Positions 41,006-50,857 are shown, counted from the stretch's first letter. The stretch: 56,435 nt of DNA from Thermoanaerobaculia bacterium (GCA_035544835.1 DASZZV010000299.1:1-56435); one strand, 5' to 3'. The notes: generated by a model not told the origin, from the letters alone. Program-made: numbers and translations.

Positions 41006-43027
41006 ATGGGGGTTACGATGAGAAAACTGAGTCAGCAGACACTTCTAATGCTGCTGTTGGTGTTGGTTACTGCGATCGCGGGATGTCAGGGTGAGTCACC
41101 GACGGCTCCGACTTCCACGACCGGCGGGGGTAGCGGCTCGGGTGGAACTCCCCCTCCGACTGGCTCGACGGTCGTGGTTACTCTCTCCAACGCCAACCCT
41201 CTGGTTCTTTCGACGACGCAAGTCACGGCAACGGTGACGGTCAACGGCTCGCCAGCCCCGAATGGAACTGGGGTTGAGTTCTCCACGGACTTCGGCACAT
41301 TCACCGATACCAACGCGCTAACCACGATTAAGACCACGACAGGCGGAGTAGCCAGCGCCATTCTGACGGCGACTACGGCCGGTACGGCTATCGTCACCGT
41401 GCGCGTGAACAACGTCAACCAGCGGGTCACCGTCGTCTTCAAGAATTCGGATCCCGTGCCGCCCGGGCCACCGAGCTTCAGCGTCACCTCGATCAGTCCG
41501 GCTACAGGCCGTCCCTCGGGCGGGGAGATCGTAGTGATCAAGGGCGTCGCTTTCAAGGCCCCGGTGCGAGTGCTCTTCGGAACCAAGGAAGCGGTGGTGA
41601 TCTCCTTCACGAGCACCGAGATTCGGGTCATCACTCCGCCGATCAATCTTGGCGGAACCACGCAATTCCAGGATGTTGACATTACCGTCTTCAATCAGGC
41701 CGGAACGACTTCCGAAGCTCAGATCACAAAGCCAAAAGTGTTTCGCTATCAGGTCGAGATCCTCACGCCACTGGTCTACACGGTGAGTCCGGCGTCGGGT
41801 CCGAACGAAGGTAATACGCGGGTCACAATATTCGGCGAGGGCTTCCAGGCGCCGACGCGCGTCTTCTTCGGTACGGCATCCAGTACCGGTGGTCTTCCGG
41901 GTCAGGTAGAGCTCGAAGTCATCAGCGTCAACTTCTCTCAGATCATCGCCGTAACTCCGCCGGCAACCGGCCTGGGCCTTTCCCTGAGGAACTTGCAGGT
42001 GGCGCTTCGAGTCTTGAATGTCGGCACGAATAAGGAATCCGTTCTTCCATTAGCCTTCCGCTACGGACCGACCATGCAGATCACTGCCGTTGGCCCGACC
42101 CAGGGAGACGTAGCCGGTGGCACCCAAGTCACGATCGACGGTCAGGGCTTCGATGATCCTGTGGCCGTTACGTTGGCCGGAATTGCCGCGATCCCAATCC
42201 GTGTCTCCGGAACGCAAATCGTCGTCATCTCGGGGACGCCAATCATTGCGGGCTGCGCCGGGCCATCCCCCGGCCCCGTCTCTGTCACGAACATCGAGAA
42301 TGGCGAGACGCAAACCGGTGGCACCTTCACATATACGATCGTCAAACCAGTCATTACGGGCATCAATCCCCAGCCGGTTGCTGCCGGAGGTATGCTCACG
42401 GTAACCATATCCGGAAACATCTCCGGCAATGTCCAGTTTCAGGTAAGCACGAAAACTGTCTTCGCGACGCAGGTCTCGCCGGGCGTATTCCAGTTCGTCG
42501 TGCCCTCAAATCTTGTGTTCCTTACTGCTCCCTGCGTCGACATGGTCACAGGCACAGCCGGAACCATGAACATTCCGACGAGTTTCCCTCTGACCTTTAC
42601 AGATCCGGCCACAGGTTGTACCCAGACGTTAGCCGAGGCGGTTACGGTGACTCCATCGGATGTTAACTGCAAGACGACGCCGGTGCCGCCCGCCGCTGCT
42701 GTGGCGGCGGCGCTTCCTCCAGACCAGCCCTTCGGAAGCACGACTGTGGGGACCCCTGTCAATCGCGCGCAGAAGATTTGCAATACCGGACCAGCGGCAT
42801 CGACTCTCACGGTCAATGGACCTGGATCGATCTCGGGAGCGGACGCAGGTCAGTTCGGACCGAATCCTCCCGGTCCGCCCGCGACTACGATGGTGACCGG
42901 TGGCAACTGCACTGCGTCGTTCAATCTTACTTTTACGCCGACTTCGGTGGGCGCGAAGACTGCTACGTACTCCGTGAACACGAGCGCCGGTATCGTCAAC
43001 GTTGCGCTGACCGGAACTGGCAATTAA
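41006..43027 (+). CDS. large surface/periplasmic lipoprotein: Big-like domain, about four IPT/TIG repeats, C-terminal choice-of-anchor-D/HYDIN-like domain
   Basis: Lipobox AIAGC. Repeated I(S/T).PA.G...GG..V.I.G.GF.AP.RV.FG modules. The C-terminus reads FGSTTVGTPV...ICNTG...LTV...G.DAGQF...C.ASFNLTFTPTSVGAKTATYSV. Confidence 0.8.
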   Translation: MGVTMRKLSQQTLLMLLLVLVTAIAGCQGESPTAPTSTTGGGSGSGGTPPPTGSTVVVTLSNANPLVLSTTQVTATVTVNGSPAPNGTGVEFSTDFGTFTDTNALTTIKTTTGGVASAILTATTAGTAIVTVRVNNVNQRVTVVFKNSDPVPPGPPSFSVTSISPATGRPSGGEIVVIKGVAFKAPVRVLFGTKEAVVISFTSTEIRVITPPINLGGTTQFQDVDITVFNQAGTTSEAQITKPKVFRYQVEILTPLVYTVSPASGPNEGNTRVTIFGEGFQAPTRVFFGTASSTGGLPGQVELEVISVNFSQIIAVTPPATGLGLSLRNLQVALRVLNVGTNKESVLPLAFRYGPTMQITAVGPTQGDVAGGTQVTIDGQGFDDPVAVTLAGIAAIPIRVSGTQIVVISGTPIIAGCAGPSPGPVSVTNIENGETQTGGTFTYTIVKPVITGINPQPVAAGGMLTVTISGNISGNVQFQVSTKTVFATQVSPGVFQFVVPSNLVFLTAPCVDMVTGTAGTMNIPTSFPLTFTDPATGCTQTLAEAVTVTPSDVNCKTTPVPPAAAVAAALPPDQPFGSTTVGTPVNRAQKICNTGPAASTLTVNGPGSISGADAGQFGPNPPGPPATTMVTGGNCTASFNLTFTPTSVGAKTATYSVNTSAGIVNVALTGTGN

Positions 43028-43050
43028 CGTCCGCTCCAGTCTTAACACTC

Positions 43051-43080
43051 GAACGACCGCCCCGAAAAGGGCGGTCGTTC
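43051..43080 (+). terminator. hairpin downstream of the IPT/TIG lipoprotein gene
   Basis: gaacgaccgccc-cgaaaa-gggcggtcgttc forms a 12-bp perfect stem, 23 nt after the stop. The T-tract is short (tgt). Confidence 0.5.
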
Positions 43081-43147
43081 TGTCGAGGGCGAGCCGTTGT
43101 TGCCGTATGCAGCGGATTCCGCCAGAATTGAGATTTCCCTAACGCCC

Positions 43148-44293
43148 ATGATTCCGCAACCGCAGACCAGCTTGAAGATCGAGGACTTGAAGGCGCGCGT
43201 CCGCGCCGACGCGAAGTCACGACATTTCTATGCTCTGGCTGAGGAGCTCCGAAAGATCGGGCGGCTTGACGAAGCTGAGCAGACTCTCCGGTCAGGACTC
43301 ATAGCCCATCCAACCTATCTATCCGCCTGGATAAGCCTCGGCAAGGTGCTTCGTGACGGCGGTAAGAAGGCCGAGGCCTGCGACACTTTTCTCCGCGCAC
43401 TGACAATCGATCCCGGCAACGTAGTGGCTGCTCGTCTCGCCGCAGACAATTACTTCGAGCTGGGGGAGAAGGTCGAGGCCATCAAGAAGTACAAGCTCGT
43501 GCACGCTCTGATGCCCTCAGACGAGGAAGTCGAAGGCATCATCGACCGCCTGGACCGGGAGCTGAATCCGGATGAGTATCTGAGCCAGGTCGACACAGCG
43601 GCCCCCGCAGTCGCATACATAAGTGAGTCACCTGCGCAGTCAGAGCACCCTTTCCGAGCAACTTCGTCTGAGGCTCCAGTCTCCGGCGCCGCAATGGAGT
43701 CGAAGGGTACGGGGAGCACGGCCGAGGACGTTTCACCACTTTCCACAGAGCATATCGATAACCCCTTCGGCATCGAGAGCGCCGAAGCGCAAGCCTCGCA
43801 GGTTGGAGAGGAACGCCCGGTAGAAGGTGACGACGTCTTCGCCGCGGTCTCGGTTGCATCCGCCGAGCCTTTTCCTGCGGATACCGGAGCTCCGTTCGCC
43901 GCTGCCGGTCCGGAGGCCGGTGCCAGCGGCGCAATCGACGAACCGCCTTCCGCGGGCATGTCCGTCTTCGAGAAGGCTGGCAGCGAGAGCGTCTGGGACG
44001 ACTCCGAGATTCCAGTGGCTGCAGATAAGCCAGGGCATGCTGAACCACTTGAGGAAGCACCTCCGGCCGGCGACCCTGGACTCGCGACCGTTACTATCGG
44101 CGATCTCTATGCTCAGCAGGGACATCACGAGGCCGCTCGCGAGATCTATGCAAAGGTAGTGGAGCGAGAGCCGGCAAACGAAGCTGCAGTTGAACGCCTT
44201 CGCGCTCTCGAGCCGGCAGGGAACGCCGGCAAAATCTCACGCCTCCAGCGGTGGCTGGGGAAAGTAGGACCACGTGACACAACCAGTGTTTAG
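43148..44293 (+). CDS. cytoplasmic tetratricopeptide-repeat protein with a long acidic disordered centre
   Basis: N-terminal TPR-like repeats (AEELRKIGRLDEAEQTLRSGL..HP.Y..AWISLGKVL...GKKAEACDTFLRAL.IDP) and a C-terminal TPR (LYAQQGHHEAAREIYAKVVEREP). No signal peptide. The start was set at the ATG at 43148. Confidence 0.75.
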   Translation: MIPQPQTSLKIEDLKARVRADAKSRHFYALAEELRKIGRLDEAEQTLRSGLIAHPTYLSAWISLGKVLRDGGKKAEACDTFLRALTIDPGNVVAARLAADNYFELGEKVEAIKKYKLVHALMPSDEEVEGIIDRLDRELNPDEYLSQVDTAAPAVAYISESPAQSEHPFRATSSEAPVSGAAMESKGTGSTAEDVSPLSTEHIDNPFGIESAEAQASQVGEERPVEGDDVFAAVSVASAEPFPADTGAPFAAAGPEAGASGAIDEPPSAGMSVFEKAGSESVWDDSEIPVAADKPGHAEPLEEAPPAGDPGLATVTIGDLYAQQGHHEAAREIYAKVVEREPANEAAVERLRALEPAGNAGKISRLQRWLGKVGPRDTTSV

Positions 44294-44639
44294 AACTATT
44301 CTCGAGAATATTCAACGCAAGGTTGAAGGGACCATGGCCATCAGCCTCATCGGCCTCGACGGCATTGCCATTGACTCAGTCAAGAACGAGGAGGTTCCGC
44401 TCGATTCGATGGGAGCTGAGTTCGGAGGCTTTCTGAAATCGATCCGGGTCTCGAATACCGAGCTTCACACGGGCGACGTGGAACAGTTTTCCCTGACCAC
44501 CGATAAGTTCGTCACGTTTCTCTCCGCCGTCACTTCCGAGTATTTCATTTTGATGGTACTTTCTCGCGGCGGCAATTATGGTCGCGCGCGCTTCGAGTTG
44601 CAGAAAGCCAAATTCGCATTGAAGGACGAGCTGACCTAG
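44274..44639 (+). CDS. Roadblock/LC7 (MglB-like) domain protein
   Basis: 121 aa. The pattern ...[19 protein letters not shown]...[24 protein letters not shown]...[10 protein letters not shown] fits the Robl/LC7 alpha-beta-alpha fold. The GTG start overlaps the TPR gene by 20 nt. Confidence 0.6.
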   Translation: MTQPVFRTILENIQRKVEGTMAISLIGLDGIAIDSVKNEEVPLDSMGAEFGGFLKSIRVSNTELHTGDVEQFSLTTDKFVTFLSAVTSEYFILMVLSRGGNYGRARFELQKAKFALKDELT

Positions 44640-45136
44640 TGCCTTTCCTGAACTTCAAGGAGATTCTCGAGCTGATCGACAAAGTCGCCGACCGCGGTCT
44701 CTCCTCTCTGGAAATCGAAGTAGCAGGGCTGAAGCTGCGGCTGCAAGGGAAACAGGCAGAGATCCTCCAGATTCAAAGCTCGCCCCTGCCGCCAGCTCAC
44801 CAGTCGCATGTCGCTGCCTCAGGCGCTCCTTCACCTTCCCCGCCCCCGGCCCAGACATCGACGCCGGCCAGCGCGGATGTCGAAGCGGAAGACAGTTCGC
44901 TTCATGTCATCACGTCACCCATCGTCGGCACTTTTTATCGATCGCCGAATCCGGAGTCACAGTTTTTTGTAAACGTTGGCGATCGTATTACCAAAGGAAA
45001 GGTTCTGTGCATCGTCGAGGCGATGAAGCTCATGAACGAGATCGAATCTGAAGTCGACGGCGTGATCACGAGAATCTACCCGCAGAATGGTCAGCCCATC
45101 GAATACGGTGAGAAACTCTTCGCGGTCAAGCTTTGA
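44639..45136 (+). CDS. accB: acetyl-CoA carboxylase biotin carboxyl carrier protein
   Basis: Biotinylation motif [10 protein letters not shown] and a Pro/Ala/Ser linker. 165 aa. Confidence 0.9.
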   Translation: MPFLNFKEILELIDKVADRGLSSLEIEVAGLKLRLQGKQAEILQIQSSPLPPAHQSHVAASGAPSPSPPPAQTSTPASADVEAEDSSLHVITSPIVGTFYRSPNPESQFFVNVGDRITKGKVLCIVEAMKLMNEIESEVDGVITRIYPQNGQPIEYGEKLFAVKL

Positions 45137-45172
45137 CGCGGCAGTTGTGACTCCTCTCACCAGGTCCACCAC

Positions 45173-46507
45173 ATGATTTCCAAAGTGCTCATAGCGAATC
45201 GCGGCGAGATCGCCCTCCGGGTGATTCTTGCGTGCAAGGAGCTCGGTCTCAAAACGGTGGCTGTTCATTCCGAAGCCGACCGCGACGCCCTTCATGTCCG
45301 CTACGCTGACGACGATGTCTGCATCGGTCCGGCGACATCACGACAGAGCTACCTGAACATTTCCAGTATCGTGGCCGCTGCCGAGATCACCGGCGCCGAC
45401 GCCGTGCATCCCGGCTACGGATTTCTGGCCGAGAACGATCACTTCGCTGAGATTCTGCAGGAGTGTCAGCTCACTTTCATCGGACCGACTCCGGAAGTCA
45501 TACGGCTCATGGGCAACAAAGCAAAAGCGCGTGAGATGGCCAAGAAGGCCGGGGTGCCGATTCTCCCCGGCAGCGAAGGACCGCTCGGCTCGAGTGACGA
45601 GGCCATGGACATCGCCAGGCAAATCGGGTTTCCGATCATCCTCAAAGCGTCTGCCGGTGGCGGCGGCCGCGGCATGCGGATCTGTTGGGATGAAAAAGAA
45701 CTGGTCAACGCCTACGAGACTGCGAGGACCGAGGCAGAGCGCGCTTTCGGTGTCGCTGACGTCTATCTGGAGAAGTATCTCGAACGTCCGCGACATATCG
45801 AGTTTCAGATTTTCGGAGACAACTACGGACGCGTTGTGCATCTTGGTGAACGCGAGTGCTCGATTCAGCGAAGGCATCAGAAACTTCTCGAGGAATCGCC
45901 TTCTCCAGCAATGACCGACGACCTCCGGCAACGCATGGGCGACGCGGCCGTGAAGCTCGCCAAGTCGGTCGATTATACCAACGCCGGCACCATTGAGTTC
46001 CTGGTCCAGGGTGATGAGTTCTTCTTCATGGAGATGAACACGCGCATCCAGGTAGAGCACGCTGTTACCGAGGCGGTCACAGGGATGGACCTCGTGAAGG
46101 AGCAGATTCGGGTCGCAGACGGGCTGAAGCTATCGGTACCGAAGGAGAATATGCGTCTCCGCGGTCACGCCATTGAATTTCGCGTCAATGCCGAGGACCC
46201 AGTGACGTTCGCACCGAATCCTGGAAAAATCACGACCTTCCATTTGCCGGGCGGCCCGGGCATACGTGTCGACACCGCGGCGTATCGCGACTATGTTATT
46301 CCGCCGCACTACGACTCGCTGATTGCCAAACTCATCGCCCACGGTAAGGACAGGGAGGAAGCGATCGAACGGGGGCGGCGCGCCCTGGACATGTTCATCG
46401 TTGAAGGTGTAAAGACATCCATTCCTCTCCACCGAGAGATTCTCATGAATGAGAAGTTCAGGCGCGGTGACTTTTCTACGCGATTCATGGAAGAATTCTC
46501 GCGCTGA
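45173..46507 (+). CDS. accC: acetyl-CoA carboxylase biotin carboxylase subunit
   Basis: [38 protein letters not shown]. 444 aa. Confidence 0.95.
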   Translation: MISKVLIANRGEIALRVILACKELGLKTVAVHSEADRDALHVRYADDDVCIGPATSRQSYLNISSIVAAAEITGADAVHPGYGFLAENDHFAEILQECQLTFIGPTPEVIRLMGNKAKAREMAKKAGVPILPGSEGPLGSSDEAMDIARQIGFPIILKASAGGGGRGMRICWDEKELVNAYETARTEAERAFGVADVYLEKYLERPRHIEFQIFGDNYGRVVHLGERECSIQRRHQKLLEESPSPAMTDDLRQRMGDAAVKLAKSVDYTNAGTIEFLVQGDEFFFMEMNTRIQVEHAVTEAVTGMDLVKEQIRVADGLKLSVPKENMRLRGHAIEFRVNAEDPVTFAPNPGKITTFHLPGGPGIRVDTAAYRDYVIPPHYDSLIAKLIAHGKDREEAIERGRRALDMFIVEGVKTSIPLHREILMNEKFRRGDFSTRFMEEFSR

Positions 46508-46508
46508 C

Positions 46509-47144
46509 GTGAGACTCCATCGAGATGCTGTTCCTCCTCTCTACGCTCTAACGGACGACGTCGAGGCTTCGCTTCTGACCGAGCGACTGGCCGAGTTGAT
46601 CGCGGCCGGGGTTCGCTGGATCCAGATTCGCTCCAAGAACATCCCCGACGACCAGCTTTACCGGGTTGTTCGCGAAGCTGAGGGGATGATGCCGGCCAAG
46701 GTGATGCTCTTTGTGAATGATCGCGTGGACGTAGCTGTGGCTGCCTCAGCCGACGGCGTCCATCTTGGCAAACATGACCTTCCGCCCGATGCCGCGCGCA
46801 TGGTGGCCGGCGATCGAGAACTGCTCATCGGATGCTCGACTCACTCCGCCGAGGACGCCATAGCCGCTGCAGCGTGTGAAGAAGTCGACTACGTGGCTCT
46901 GGGCCCGATCTTTTCTTCACTCACTAAAAATGTTCGAGAGCCCCTTGGTCTCGACGAGCTTGCCCGGGCCCGTAAGGGAATCGGGAAACCTCTGATTGCC
47001 ATCGGTGGCATCACCGCGGGAAATATCGGAGGCATCATGCAGGCCGGTGCCGATAGCGCGGCGATCATCGCTGCTATCTATGAGCGCGGAACCATTGCCG
47101 AGAATGTGCGAAGGCTGCTCGAGGCGATGGAGAAGGAGCGGTGA
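46509..47144 (+). CDS. thiE: thiamine-phosphate synthase
   Basis: LYALTD, NDRVDVA...ADGVHLG..DL, GCSTH, DYVALGPIF.S.TK, AIGGI. The GTG start lies 1 nt after the accC stop. Confidence 0.8.
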   Translation: MRLHRDAVPPLYALTDDVEASLLTERLAELIAAGVRWIQIRSKNIPDDQLYRVVREAEGMMPAKVMLFVNDRVDVAVAASADGVHLGKHDLPPDAARMVAGDRELLIGCSTHSAEDAIAAAACEEVDYVALGPIFSSLTKNVREPLGLDELARARKGIGKPLIAIGGITAGNIGGIMQAGADSAAIIAAIYERGTIAENVRRLLEAMEKER

Positions 47145-47680
47145 AGATCTACCTGGTCGGCTTCATGGGAGCAGGGAAGAGCTCGGTCGGACTAGAGCTC
47201 GCAAAGCGGCTCGATGTTCCTTTCTTCGACCTGGATGAGCTGATCGAGGCTGCCGAGGGAAAGAAGATCAAGGACCTCTTCGCCACGCAGGGGGAGCCAT
47301 ATTTCAGGAAGCGCGAGCGTGATATGTTAAAAAGTACCCGCCACCTCGAGCACGCCGTGATCGCAACGGGAGGCGGGACATTCACATTCGAAGACAATAT
47401 TCAGTTTATTCTCGGAGAGGGCTACTCAATTCATCTGTCGGCTCCCTTCGCACTCCTGCGCAATCGAATCGGTGACAAGGCCACGGAAAGGCCCATGTTC
47501 CGCGACGACGTGGCCACTCATGAGCTGTATCAGCATCGCTTGAAGTTTTATCGCATGTCAGATGCCACCTTGGAGACTCGCGACGATGAGACCATTTCGG
47601 AAGTCGTAGAACGGTTGATCATGCTCTTACCGAAAGAAATTCTCGGCGCCATTCCCCGTCGTGACTGGAGAGCTCGATGA
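47141..47680 (+). CDS. aroK: shikimate kinase
   Basis: IYLVGFMGAGKSSVG, DLD, ATGGG. GTGA overlap with thiE. Confidence 0.9.
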   Translation: MKIYLVGFMGAGKSSVGLELAKRLDVPFFDLDELIEAAEGKKIKDLFATQGEPYFRKRERDMLKSTRHLEHAVIATGGGTFTFEDNIQFILGEGYSIHLSAPFALLRNRIGDKATERPMFRDDVATHELYQHRLKFYRMSDATLETRDDETISEVVERLIMLLPKEILGAIPRRDWRAR

Positions 47681-48420
47681 TCACCCTGGTGATCAGCGAT
47701 CTCCATTCCAACGACGCCGCGCTGGGCGCCGTCTTCGCGCACGTTCGGCGGAAGAGCATCGATCGAATCATCTGCCTCGGCGATTTCGTCGGATATGGAG
47801 CTCAACCGAACCAGGTCCTCGACAAGATACGGACCTTCAAGGCCAGAAAGTTGTACATACGCGGTAATCACGACCGCGTGGCCGGAGGTTTCGAAGATGG
47901 GGAAGGATTCAACTTCGCGGCGCGCTCGGCCGCACTGTGGACGCGTGATCATCTCAGCGGTATCAATCGTCGCTTTCTCCAGGAGCTTCCTGTTGGTCCT
48001 CTCAGTGCCGGCGAAGGTGTGCTGATTTGTCACGGATCTCCGTTCGATGAAGACGAGTACCTCTTCAGCGAGTACGACGCTCGTCGCATCTTCGATGTGT
48101 ATTCCGAGAATGTCATCCTCTTCGGCCACACCCACCTGCCATCTTTTTTCACGCTCGAGCCCGACGGCTCAGTCCATGGTCTTCTGGTTCGGGAGGCCAC
48201 ACGATTTCAACTCGCCAGCGGGAAGCGGTATTTGATCAACCCTGGTTCGGTAGGGCAGCCGAGAGATCGGAATCCTCAGTCGGCGTTTCTACTGTTCGAC
48301 GATCAAAAAAAATCCGTACAGTTCCAGCGAGTGGCCTACGACATCTCGGCCACTCGTGAGTCGATCCTCCGCGCGGGACTTCCCCGAATCCTCGCCGATC
48401 GGCTCCTCGTCGGCACCTGA
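47677..48420 (+). CDS. calcineurin-like metallophosphoesterase (YfcE/MJ0936-like)
   Basis: ISDLHSN, LGDFVGYG, RGNHD, GHTH. ATGA overlap with aroK. Confidence 0.85.
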   Translation: MITLVISDLHSNDAALGAVFAHVRRKSIDRIICLGDFVGYGAQPNQVLDKIRTFKARKLYIRGNHDRVAGGFEDGEGFNFAARSAALWTRDHLSGINRRFLQELPVGPLSAGEGVLICHGSPFDEDEYLFSEYDARRIFDVYSENVILFGHTHLPSFFTLEPDGSVHGLLVREATRFQLASGKRYLINPGSVGQPRDRNPQSAFLLFDDQKKSVQFQRVAYDISATRESILRAGLPRILADRLLVGT

Positions 48421-48592
48421 TTCCCGCCTCGATCTTTTATGAGGACAGGATGATCTCTTTTGAGGACTGGTCTCGAGCAATCCGGCCCGCGGTTGTGGGA
48501 TAAATCGTTGATTCTGAAATGAATCGTCGCAATGCGCCGGTGGCATGCCGGCCGCACTGCTGACCTCGCAGAATCGATCGGAGAGTTACCGT

Positions 48593-50782
48593 ATGTCCAG
48601 GAAAGTCACCCAGTTCGCGCTTCTTCTTTGTGTGATGTCGCTGGCCCCGCTCTACGCAGACGGTCGAAATCAATCGTATATCTCCTATGACGACGGCGAC
48701 TCTGTTCTTCTCCAGAACGACGGAAAAGAAGTCGACACCAGGCTCAACATGCCGGTCTATCCGGGCGATCAGCTCAGGACCAATCGGCGTGGTCGAACCG
48801 AGATTCGTCTCTCAGATGGGAATGTTCTGGCTGTCGATCGAGGCAGCGAAGTTCGCTTCCACTCCATGTATGACAGTTACGAGGGCGACGCCTCACAGAC
48901 GGTGGTGGAGTTGCAATCGGGAACGATCATGCTGCGTCGCCTGCGGCGTGAGAGTAATCCGGTTCGGGTCGATAGCGGTGTTGCCAGCTACGTGAGTGCC
49001 CGCAACGCTGTCTACGAGGTCGAGACCGACCTGCGGGGAGCCGATCTCCTCTCAGTGTACGAGGGGTCGGTCGAGGTGCGGACTCAAAACGACTCCGCGC
49101 GAGTTCGCTCCGGAGAAAAGGCCAGGGTCGATGGGGACGGTCTTTTCAGCACTGTCGATCTCGCTCGAGATGGCACGACTGACTTCGAACGGTGGTTCCT
49201 GAATCGGAACAGCACTTACGGTGCAACTCGGGCCCGATATCTTGATGGTGACCTGGCCTATGCCGAGGGAGATCTGGACGCCAATGGATCCTGGAAGTAC
49301 GTCTCCGATTACGGCGGCTGGGTTTGGCGTCCCACGGTCTCGGCCGGCTGGCGTCCCTATTACTACGGCTCGTGGCGGTGGGGTGGTGCCGGCGCGACCT
49401 GGGTTTCGGATGAGGCCTGGGGCTGGGTGCCATATCACTATGGACGCTGGGCATACAGCGGCCCCTACGGCTGGGTCTGGATCCCCGGATCAGGCTACTC
49501 TCCGGCGTGGGTGTACTGGGTGTACGGGCCGAGCTACCTGGGCTGGGTTCCAGCTGGATACTATGATTGCTTCCGTCCGTACTACGACTGGCTTTACCGC
49601 CCCTACTATCGGGCCGGATTCGACATCGGATCCGGTTTCTATGGGCGCGTTCGACTCACCTCCTACGACTATAATGCCTGGACATTCGTCGACAGCCGCA
49701 CCGTCTTTTCAAACCGTGCTGATCGTGCCGCGCTGACTGCCGATGCTGTTCGCGGCCGCCTTGCTCGGGACGGTGGCCAGGCCACGATCTCCAACGTTCC
49801 TTTCCGTGTACGTACCGACGAAATTCCGAATCCGGCCATCGCCGTGGGACGCATCATCCGCGGCGTTGGCGGAAGTGGTACCGGCAGAGATAGTTCGGGG
49901 CTTCCGATGGATATGACCTCATTTTTCCATCGGGACCCCGCGCTATCGGCCGAGGTTCGCACGCGCTTGTCGCGAGGGCGCACGCCTTCGGCCCCGCCTG
50001 CGGCGGGGGGCTCGGCGTCGATTCCTTCGTCACGGCCGGGCGATGACACCCGAAGCCCACGCGTGGGAGCGACGGACGGAGTCGTGCGCGGACGCTCCGC
50101 CGGCGAGGTGCCTGCAAGGGGTGGCGCTGATGTGGTGCGGCGTGGAGGCGATTCGACGTCCGGAGCCATCAGCCGGCCTTCAGCCCCGCAGCCGCGGACC
50201 GGAGGTGATGTCGACCACAATAACCCACGTCCAGCGGCCGGCGATGAGTGGCGAGGTCGAGTCATCGGCCGGACCAGGGATCGTTCGGAAGAGGCGCCCT
50301 CGACTCCGGCCGTCGAAGATCGTGGACGAACCATCCGTCGTGACGGTGATGAGCCGGCGGCATCGGCTCCAGGTGGAGATCACGTCTGGAGAGGTCGCTC
50401 TGTTGATCGCAGTACGCCTGCGGAAGCTCCGCCTGCGGACTCGTGGCGCAACCGCGGTGCCGTTAGGACGGGCGATGATGACACGTCGGCCGTTACACCT
50501 CACGGTCGCGGTGATGCGACCCCGAGGGCGCGCGCTCCGGAATCGGATGACGTGCCGCAGCGCGTCATCGGCCGTATCGTCGCACCACGGCCCAGTTCGC
50601 CCAGCTCTACGTCCGGCTCCGCCTCACGCTCGGGTTCGTCGTCGAGCGGCAGCCATCCGTCGCACGAATCAACTCCTCGCTCCTCGGGCGGAGAAGGTCG
50701 CGTCTCCCGGCCCGAGTCTCATTCAACATCGTCGCACTCGTCGAGCGAGAGCTCGGAGCATTCCAAACCGAAGAAAGACTGA
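48593..50782 (+). CDS. secreted FecR-domain protein with a Trp/Tyr/Gly-rich repeat region and a long Arg/Gly/Ser-rich tail
   Basis: Signal peptide. FecR-like PGDQLRTNRRGRTEIRLSDGNVLAVDRGSEV. W-rich block YGGWVWRP...GWVPYHYGRWAY.GPYGWVWIPG. A C-terminal region of about 330 aa is low complexity, with three xWR(G/N)R repeats and a poly-Ser end. Confidence 0.75.
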   Translation: MSRKVTQFALLLCVMSLAPLYADGRNQSYISYDDGDSVLLQNDGKEVDTRLNMPVYPGDQLRTNRRGRTEIRLSDGNVLAVDRGSEVRFHSMYDSYEGDASQTVVELQSGTIMLRRLRRESNPVRVDSGVASYVSARNAVYEVETDLRGADLLSVYEGSVEVRTQNDSARVRSGEKARVDGDGLFSTVDLARDGTTDFERWFLNRNSTYGATRARYLDGDLAYAEGDLDANGSWKYVSDYGGWVWRPTVSAGWRPYYYGSWRWGGAGATWVSDEAWGWVPYHYGRWAYSGPYGWVWIPGSGYSPAWVYWVYGPSYLGWVPAGYYDCFRPYYDWLYRPYYRAGFDIGSGFYGRVRLTSYDYNAWTFVDSRTVFSNRADRAALTADAVRGRLARDGGQATISNVPFRVRTDEIPNPAIAVGRIIRGVGGSGTGRDSSGLPMDMTSFFHRDPALSAEVRTRLSRGRTPSAPPAAGGSASIPSSRPGDDTRSPRVGATDGVVRGRSAGEVPARGGADVVRRGGDSTSGAISRPSAPQPRTGGDVDHNNPRPAAGDEWRGRVIGRTRDRSEEAPSTPAVEDRGRTIRRDGDEPAASAPGGDHVWRGRSVDRSTPAEAPPADSWRNRGAVRTGDDDTSAVTPHGRGDATPRARAPESDDVPQRVIGRIVAPRPSSPSSTSGSASRSGSSSSGSHPSHESTPRSSGGEGRVSRPESHSTSSHSSSESSEHSKPKKD

Positions 50783-50857
50783 CCGGGCGCGGGACGGGTC
50801 CCCAGGAACCTGTCCCGCGTGAGCGGCGCAGAATGCCGCCTCCTCTCATGGAGAACC

